IMG/VR virus record: IMGVR_UViG_3300031957_002393
Coordinates: 1 to 20,372 of that record
Reading direction: 5' to 3' (one strand)
Length of the DNA stretch: 20,372 bases
Origin: a virus
Lineage: Duplodnaviria; Heunggongvirae; Uroviricota; Caudoviricetes
In this document: one piece after another, positions 1 through 5,069 of the stretch
Layout of the letters: each line of letters begins with the position of its first letter
How positions within the stretch are numbered: position 1 is the stretch's first letter
Program-made: the position numbers and the translations under genes
The notes under the pieces: model-generated
What the model saw: the letters and a program-made list of their open reading frames with translations, nothing else
Databases searched by the model: none
What the model was told of the DNA's origin: nothing

Positions 1-2
1 TC

Positions 3-374
3 GCCTTGCAGTCGAAGCTCAAGGTTATGCAGATTGCGGATGGTCTTGGTGGCGCACAAGGGGGTATCGAGGCCCCTGCCAAGCTGGTGGGTGTAAAGGA
101 TGGATGGCTAACGGTAACTGTGCGTTCCCGTCAGCGCGTGAAGATCCATCGTGAGACGCTGGCCTCTGAGGAAGGTGACTTCCGTATCATCGCTTACGAC
201 CAGAAGCAATCTGACGGTGTGAGAGCGCGTATGGTGCAACTACTTACGCAGCGCCTTGGTGTCACTCAGGATTGTCCCCTGCTCGACGCTGCCCTCACAG
301 CCGAGCTACAGGCATGGGTCGATGGCACCCTTGACGAAACCGCCTTCCGCACTCAACACGACTACAAGGAGTAG
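3..374 (+). CDS. Hypothetical protein, probably 5'-truncated by the window edge
   Basis: The frame is open to the left edge and ends TAG, followed directly by an in-frame TGA. Its last codons contain the AAGGAG RBS of the next gene. No family motif was recognised. Confidence 0.7.
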   Translation, partial: ALQSKLKVMQIADGLGGAQGGIEAPAKLVGVKDGWLTVTVRSRQRVKIHRETLASEEGDFRIIAYDQKQSDGVRARMVQLLTQRLGVTQDCPLLDAALTAELQAWVDGTLDETAFRTQHDYKE

Positions 375-376
375 TG

Positions 377-1015
377 ATGCTGGGACACGAGGCTATCAAG
401 TGGTGCATCGAGCAAGGTCACATTCGTGTGGAGCCCGAGCCTGCGTTCATTGGAGTCAACTCGATTGACCTACGGCTGGGCAACAAAATGCTCATCAACA
501 AGAGTAGCTTTGAGGAGAACGGTTACTGGCGACCTGTCGACCCTCATCGTGACGAACTGCACATGGTACCGTTAGGTTTCCACGAAGACGCAGATTGCGT
601 GACAGAAGGTTGGTTACTTGAACCCGGGGAGTTTTATCTGGGCGAGACACTTGAGACCACATACTGTAGAGGCTTGGTGCCGAAGATCGATGGCCGTTCG
701 ACCACTGGTCGCTTTGGCGTCAGTGTGCATCAGACTGCAGGTGTGGGCGACAACGGCTTCGATGGTCGATGGACTCTTGAAATCACCGTCAACGTGCCTA
801 TCATCCTACGTCCTGGCGATCGTATCTGTCAAGTGTACTTCGAGCCATGCTGGAGCAGAGAGGCGACCAAAAGGTTTTTTCGAGGCAGAACGGTTTTAAC
901 CCAACAAGGACTAAAGAGCGAATCCCCTCACGTCGAGTTGAATCACCTGTACGGTGGCGACAACCATCACTACACTAACCAACAAGGCGCTACCGTTGGC
1001 AAGAAGCTGGATTGA
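377..1015 (+). CDS. dcd: dCTP deaminase (trimeric dUTPase-like superfamily), possibly bifunctional Dcd-Dut
   Basis: Motifs NSIDLRLG, DGRSTTGRFG, HQTAGVGDNGFDGRWTLE (catalytic Glu), PIILRPGDRICQVYF and C-terminal YTNQQGAT are present. AAGGAG (366-371) lies 5 nt before ATG 377, favouring it over GTG 374. Confidence 0.93.
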   Translation: MLGHEAIKWCIEQGHIRVEPEPAFIGVNSIDLRLGNKMLINKSSFEENGYWRPVDPHRDELHMVPLGFHEDADCVTEGWLLEPGEFYLGETLETTYCRGLVPKIDGRSTTGRFGVSVHQTAGVGDNGFDGRWTLEITVNVPIILRPGDRICQVYFEPCWSREATKRFFRGRTVLTQQGLKSESPHVELNHLYGGDNHHYTNQQGATVGKKLD

Positions 1016-1017
1016 CA

Positions 1018-1164
1018 ATGACTAAGAAACCTGACAAGCAAAAGGCAGCGCGGGCTCATCGCTGCCCTACCTGCAATGCTCACCCAGGTGGCGGTTGTGT
1101 TGACCCTTGGGGTAGACCTCGACAACACGTTCACAGTGAGCGGTTGGCTTTGGTCACACGATGA
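1018..1164 (+). CDS. 48-aa phage zinc-finger protein (absent from the ORF track)
   Basis: Manual translation: MTKKPDKQKAARAHRCPTCNAHPGGGCVDPWGRPRQHVHSERLALVTR*. It has the CPxCxAxPGxxC...HxxR pattern of small phage Zn fingers, and the ATG is 2 nt after the dcd stop. Confidence 0.8.
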   Translation: MTKKPDKQKAARAHRCPTCNAHPGGGCVDPWGRPRQHVHSERLALVTR

Positions 1165-1180
1165 GTGAAGAAGAGTGATG

Positions 1181-1210
1181 TAGCCCGAGGCCCAGGCCCG
1201 AGCTACACTG
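1181..1210 (+). promoter_or_regulatory. Putative promoter C: -10-like TACACT (1204-1209) preceded by CCGAGC, inside an imperfect inverted repeat at 1179-1207
   Basis: It matches the YCGRGC-TAnnnTG motif shared with 12341-12353 and 16720-16732. The -35 position at a 17-nt spacing (TAGCCC) is weak. Confidence 0.5.
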
Positions 1211-1216
1211 CAGTGC

Positions 1217-1283
1217 AGGCCCCGGAGCGGCGACCGGTCTCAGGGGCTCTTTGAGCCCCCGGGGCCTCGTGCTCTGGGGGTTC
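1217..1283 (+). promoter_or_regulatory. GC-rich structured 5' leader or small RNA candidate
   Basis: A 9-bp stem (aggccccgg 1217-1225 / ccggggcct 1259-1267) and a hairpin (ggggctc-ttt-gagcccc 1243-1259) are present. An alternative 8-bp pairing joins 1253-1260 with 1276-1283 over the RBS. Confidence 0.4.
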
Positions 1284-1285
1284 GT

Positions 1286-1501
1286 GTGTCTCCAACAAAT
1301 GACGACAAGCAAGTGATCGCGGTATTAACCGAGTTACAGCGTCAAGGTAGAGACCTCAACGGGACGCCACAAGAATACGTCGTCTACGCCATGAACTCAT
1401 TGGCTGCTGCGATAATGACCTCAAACCGCTGGTACGCGGCTGAGGCCATTGTAAGACTTGTGTGGCATGCTGCGTTGCTGTACGCAAGATTCAAGCGCTG
1501 A
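1286..1501 (+). CDS. 71-aa all-helical hypothetical protein, possibly a degenerate MazG-like (all-alpha NTP-PPase) fold
   Basis: GTG start with GGGGG 5 nt upstream. The ELQRQ...TPQEY...EAIVRLVWHAA pattern loosely resembles small phage MazG-like proteins, but the EExGE motif is missing. Confidence 0.6.
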   Translation: MSPTNDDKQVIAVLTELQRQGRDLNGTPQEYVVYAMNSLAAAIMTSNRWYAAEAIVRLVWHAALLYARFKR

Positions 1502-1649
1502 GCTTTTCCTCGCATTTACTGCGCTGACGACACTTGTACACCAGCTTCTCCAGTCGACGCTGACGCTCCTGTCGATCCTCTGCACGTTCACGTAGCTCAC
1601 GAAGTGCAGCAGGTTGGCGCTGAATGCGGCTGTCGATAGAGTCAACCAT
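1491..1649 (-). CDS. 52-aa highly charged helical/coiled-coil protein (absent from the ORF track)
   Basis: Manual translation: MVDSIDSRIQRQPAALRELRERAEDRQERQRRLEKLVYKCRQRSKCEEKLSA*. AAGGAG lies 7 nt before the ATG, directly after the tandem TAA TAA of the upstream gene. Confidence 0.75.
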   Translation of the reverse strand: MVDSIDSRIQRQPAALRELRERAEDRQERQRRLEKLVYKCRQRSKCEEKLSA

Positions 1650-1653
1650 GTTA

Positions 1654-1899
1654 TTACTCCTTTACCTTCAAGGCGCCTTGCTCCAGAAGGACCTGACGCA
1701 ACTCGATGACGGCATCAGCAAGAGCGTAGTTGAGAGAACGGTCGTTGCTCTCCAGCCACTTCGACAACCAGGACGGAAGCCATTGGATCTTACGGATCCG
1801 AAGAGCCTTGTCCCACTGCTCAGCGATAGCGTCACGGGAAGGGGAACGCATAAGCATTAGCTTTGCGATTTCGGTCAATGCGTCACTGTTGACGATCAT
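1654..1899 (-). CDS. 81-aa helical hypothetical protein in the lysis cassette
   Basis: GAGGT RBS 5 nt before the ATG, 8 nt after the upstream stop. It ends with a double TAA and has Trp-rich amphipathic helices. Confidence 0.8.
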   Translation of the reverse strand: MIVNSDALTEIAKLMLMRSPSRDAIAEQWDKALRIRKIQWLPSWLSKWLESNDRSLNYALADAVIELRQVLLEQGALKVKE

Positions 1900-1907
1900 A
1901 TAGCACC

Positions 1908-2552
1908 TCAGTTGTTTGCGATTTCTCGTAGCTTGTCTACAATCAGTTGGCGAGCTACGGGCGCCAAAGACTTTTTGGTCATGCAGTGAAGCGACAAAAC
2001 CATGATAGACTCTACCTGCCCTTCGTCATTTTCCGAGTGAGCTATGTAGTACATGGTAGCACCCACCATGCCTTCGGTGGCACGGTACATCGCAGCAATG
2101 GCACTATCGCCCACATCGGCTACCGTCCGCCATACCCAATTGCGGCTATTTAGAAGGGGCACGATTACGTTATCGTAGTAACCTCGGGTAACATCCTTGT
2201 CTAACTCGTCAGAAAAAGGTATACCTTTTGTCATCAACACGGACTTACGCACAGGGCGGCTATTATCGAGATTGACATCGATCTGCACAATAGACGCACG
2301 AAGAATAGACGGGTCGTGGACAACCAGAGCAGATAGAAGTTTGTCGCACTTCAATGCCACCGATAACGAATCAGGCATCGATTCGATGGTCGAAGCGGGT
2401 GATGGCGCTACACTTGAGTCATCGGCACTTTTGCGATTACGTATTGCGGCTACAGCTTGCACTACACCCCCCACAGCACCAGTAAGCAACAGCACTGTGG
2501 CCACGATGCCTTTCCAACTTGCAGGCACAAGGTCTAATAGAGTCTCTTCCAT
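1908..2552 (-). CDS. Single-pass membrane protein with a GAF-like soluble domain; holin or lysis-regulator candidate
   Basis: One TM segment (aa ~15-37, GIVATVLLLTGAVGGVVQAVAAI) is followed by a Ser/Pro linker. A ~150-aa domain then shows a helix-beta-beta...helix-beta-beta-helix order like GAF. The gene is directly downstream of the NlpC/P60 gene. Confidence 0.6.
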   Translation of the reverse strand: MEETLLDLVPASWKGIVATVLLLTGAVGGVVQAVAAIRNRKSADDSSVAPSPASTIESMPDSLSVALKCDKLLSALVVHDPSILRASIVQIDVNLDNSRPVRKSVLMTKGIPFSDELDKDVTRGYYDNVIVPLLNSRNWVWRTVADVGDSAIAAMYRATEGMVGATMYYIAHSENDEGQVESIMVLSLHCMTKKSLAPVARQLIVDKLREIANN

Positions 2553-2555
2553 GTA

Positions 2556-3089
2556 TCACTTCAACTTCTCATTGAGGTGCGGCTTGAGTCGACCTGCTAC
2601 ACGAAAGGGACCGGCGCGACGATAGTGAACAACCTGCAGCGCTCGTTCAGGGTATTGCCCGTTGACGTTCCTTGCGCCACTACCGCTGGAGGCGTGGAGG
2701 CAGAGACCGTACCCGAGAGCAGGTGTCACATGGTAGATTTTCTTCGCGTTACCTTGGTAGAAGTAGGCGTCACCCGGCTTTGCGTCGTCAGGATCAATTG
2801 CGTCAAAGGCTTTCATTGCAAGTGTGTGTGCTGTAGCATCCTTCCAATCACTGAACGTTGACCACGAGTCTTCGTTGATCATCCCCATGCGAAGCAACAC
2901 CCACTGCATCCACGCTGAGCAATCTCCACCCCTTCCACCGCCCGTACCCTTTGGCCACGTAGACGGGTCGAGCGGATCGAGTCGTTGTAGATCCACTAAG
3001 TTACCTGCCCCCCACGAGTAAGGGATTCCCACAGGCTCCACAAGCTCTCGGGTGATGGGGTAGTCTCTGAAACAACGAGCGAGTGTCAT
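2556..3089 (-). CDS. NlpC/P60 (C40) cysteine peptidase, probable endolysin
   Basis: GIPYSWG, DCS (catalytic Cys), PGDAYFY, YHV (His) and LHAS (third residue) occur in canonical order. There is an AGGAG RBS and no signal peptide. Confidence 0.9.
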   Translation of the reverse strand: MTLARCFRDYPITRELVEPVGIPYSWGAGNLVDLQRLDPLDPSTWPKGTGGGRGGDCSAWMQWVLLRMGMINEDSWSTFSDWKDATAHTLAMKAFDAIDPDDAKPGDAYFYQGNAKKIYHVTPALGYGLCLHASSGSGARNVNGQYPERALQVVHYRRAGPFRVAGRLKPHLNEKLK

Positions 3090-3146
3090 AGGTGTCTCCT
3101 ACTTAATCAAGGCGCTTACACGATTTTTACCTAACAGTTTACATCT

Positions 3147-3175
3147 ATTGTATCGTGCTTTGTTTGGTGGGACAG
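3147..3175 (-). promoter_or_regulatory. Possible sigma70-type promoter for the lysis cassette (CTGTCC-17-TACAAT)
   Basis: A good -10 (TACAAT, 3152-3147) sits in an AT-rich 150-bp gap, but the -35 matches only 3/6. Confidence 0.3.
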
Positions 3176-3239
3176 GGTTGGCTCAGCGGGGGCGCTTTGT
3201 GCCACTCACCCCGTATGGCCCTTCTTGCTTCGGCTATGT

Positions 3240-3548
3240 TTAAGAATTGACCCTGGCCCATGCTTCAAGGCCCTCGTCAACGCCCAACGATCGCATGTTT
3301 GAAGCAAGAACAGGCAAACCGCCCCCAACAAGCTGCGAAATAATAGAGGCCAGAACACTGGCCTCTATGCCTTCAACTGCGTCAGTGATCGTTAGGACGA
3401 CCAGCCGCCCGTCGTCCATGCGCCAAACCATCCCGCCGGGACCATCTGGAGGCATCACCACAGTTACTACGGGTGCCGTAATACGTGAGCCGTCGTCTAA
3501 AGTAATGCTCTCGCGCGACTCTGACGCTATTAGCGGTGCATGCCTCAT
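3240..3548 (-). CDS. 102-aa hypothetical protein, possibly a tail-fibre accessory/chaperone
   Basis: AAGGAG RBS 6 nt before the ATG and an ATGA overlap with the upstream tail gene. Function is inferred from position only. Confidence 0.75.
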   Translation of the reverse strand: MRHAPLIASESRESITLDDGSRITAPVVTVVMPPDGPGGMVWRMDDGRLVVLTITDAVEGIEASVLASIISQLVGGGLPVLASNMRSLGVDEGLEAWARVNS

Positions 3549-4561
3549 GTCGAACTCCTTACGCGGTACACCGCGATGTCCAAGTCGAAAGCCACGTTTG
3601 CGATGACGGTGAGATACCTACGATCATCGTCACCAGTCGAGCGACTCTTTGCCTCGATTGTCTGCACCGTGTCAGTGGGTCCGGGGCGCGTGCTGCCATT
3701 CCAGACCTCGACATTGGCCCCTGCTGCGACAGAGCACGCCCGTGTCAGGTATGACGCTGCAGCGGTCGCCGTGATGGTGCGGTCGGTGAAGTCCACAAAA
3801 CTGCCACTGGACCGCATCCGCCAGCCTGCCGACGTGGTGCTCCGGGTGACGTGCTGGAGTGCGCCCGTTGGGTTGACGTTGTTCGTGCCGTCGCCCAGCA
3901 TGAAGAGCACGAAGCCGGAGCCGGGGCTGTCTTCGTTCATGGTGATTTTAGCACACAAAAACACCGTCGCTGCATCAATGGCCGTTCCGAGGTCGATGTG
4001 CAGATAACTGTAGTCGCTACCTCCGCCTCCCTGGACAGTGATGACACCGCTGGAGACTGCGCAGGCAGCCGCGCCGCTTGCGTTATCTGCGTACGTGTAC
4101 GGCGTGCTGTCGCTGAACGTGTAGCTTCCAGGGCCGGCCGCTTCGATGTCGACGTCGCTCAAGTCTTGTGTGTCGAAGACCTTTTCGATGCCTCCGCTCG
4201 CCGCCAAACGCACGTAGCTATGAATGGCCGTAGCCAACACTTCGTTGGAGCTGTTGCGTGCCTGCAGGTAGATAGTGCCCGCATCACCGTCAGCCGATGT
4301 TGGCGTGTATGGACCAAGACCGCTACCTGACCATGAACATGCACCTGCAGCGTTAGTTGTTACGAGATTGTAGTTGTCGATCTCGCCAACATCAGCCCCT
4401 GTGAACGCGCCGAATGTCTTGTTAGCTAAGGCTACACCAGCAGCTTTGTTGTCAGTGGTAGTTGAAGGCGGCGAGATGTCGAGCGGACCGCTAACACCGC
4501 CGCCGGCAGTATAGCTTTGCCAGATATCGGCAGCCCAGATTCCATTTTGTGCGTCAGGCAT
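3545..4561 (-). CDS. 338-aa beta-rich virion protein (tail fibre/spike or receptor-binding candidate): Ig-like N-terminal part plus lectin-like C-terminal beta-sandwich
   Basis: Ser/Thr/Gly/Ala-rich with alternating hydrophobic beta patterns and an AASGG linker. It lies in the structural operon, 3 nt after the upstream stop. Confidence 0.65.
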   Translation of the reverse strand: MPDAQNGIWAADIWQSYTAGGGVSGPLDISPPSTTTDNKAAGVALANKTFGAFTGADVGEIDNYNLVTTNAAGACSWSGSGLGPYTPTSADGDAGTIYLQARNSSNEVLATAIHSYVRLAASGGIEKVFDTQDLSDVDIEAAGPGSYTFSDSTPYTYADNASGAAACAVSSGVITVQGGGGSDYSYLHIDLGTAIDAATVFLCAKITMNEDSPGSGFVLFMLGDGTNNVNPTGALQHVTRSTTSAGWRMRSSGSFVDFTDRTITATAAASYLTRACSVAAGANVEVWNGSTRPGPTDTVQTIEAKSRSTGDDDRRYLTVIANVAFDLDIAVYRVRSST

Positions 4562-4564
4562 GGG

Positions 4565-5008
4565 TCACGCAGGCGTGAGACGTTGTGTTGTAAAGCCGTA
4601 AACACGCACACTCACATTAGCCGTGTCAGCGTTACACTTCATAACAAGGTACAGGTCGTTAGACGGCGGCGTGGTGCCCCCGCTTAGAGGTAGTAACCGT
4701 GTAGGTTTGAATGCGTTTACGTTAAGTACAGCCTTAGAAACACCGCCTGCATACGTAGACGGAGTTATAGCGCTACCGATTGCCGTGAAAGGTGCTTCAC
4801 CATCGGGGTCGTAGGCGAAGTAGTAGTCGAAGTTAGCGAAACTACCTGTGGAGCTGTTAACCTCCACTTCAATCTGCTCAATCTTGACATACCCTTTCGT
4901 GGGCGCAGCCTCCAACTTCTTCGCTACCCATGTGGTGGATAGTGAGATAGATGTGGAAATGTATGTCTCATCTGTCCATTGCCGAACAGGTGCATTGTAT
5001 GTAGACAA
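4565..5008 (-). CDS. 147-aa beta-sandwich virion structural/decoration protein
   Basis: TTG start with GGAGG (5018-5014) 5 nt upstream. The strand pattern is jelly-roll-like (YVKIEQIEVEV, FDYYFAYD, LYLVMKC, VSVRVYG). Confidence 0.7.
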   Translation of the reverse strand: MSTYNAPVRQWTDETYISTSISLSTTWVAKKLEAAPTKGYVKIEQIEVEVNSSTGSFANFDYYFAYDPDGEAPFTAIGSAITPSTYAGGVSKAVLNVNAFKPTRLLPLSGGTTPPSNDLYLVMKCNADTANVSVRVYGFTTQRLTPA

Positions 5009-5040
5009 GGGGCCCTCCGAGGGGACGAAGCGTTAGCTTC

Positions 5041-5069
5041 ATCTTACCCCATCGGGCTGTCTCTCGCTA
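5041..5069 (-). promoter_or_regulatory. Possible weak promoter TAGCGA-17-TAAGAT with an inverted AGCCCGA half-site in the spacer
   Basis: The 17-nt spacing is exact, but the hexamers match the sigma70 consensus at only 3/6 and 4/6. Confidence 0.25.

Noticed and set aside
875-881. T6 run in dcd as a frameshift site
   Set aside because: The heptamer TTTTTTC is out of phase for X_XXY_YYZ, and the conserved C-terminal motif is in the zero frame.
1012-1040. Perfect TTGACA at 1012-1017
   Set aside because: No -10-like hexamer lies 16-18 nt downstream (CAAGCA at 17 nt). It is the dcd stop plus spacer.
1161-1285. ATG-TAG at 1178-1183 followed by an open frame into ORF 1286, suggesting amber recoding or readthrough; also MSEEE* at 1161
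   Set aside because: All long genes are intact in code 11. TAG acts as a normal stop at 372-374, 5069-5067 and 17627-17625, and the 34-codon extension looks like GC-rich noncoding sequence.
1421-1645. 74-aa - strand ORF from the track (TTG start)
   Set aside because: It has no RBS in proper position and overlaps ORF 1286-1501 by 81 bp. The alternative frame 1649-1491 has an ATG with AAGGAG and fits the operon.
3165-3240. tRNA-like start (ttggctcagcgg) and a 31-codon TTG ORF at 3148
   Set aside because: There is no T-arm (TTCRA), acceptor stem or CCA. The ORF has no RBS and lies antisense to the operon.
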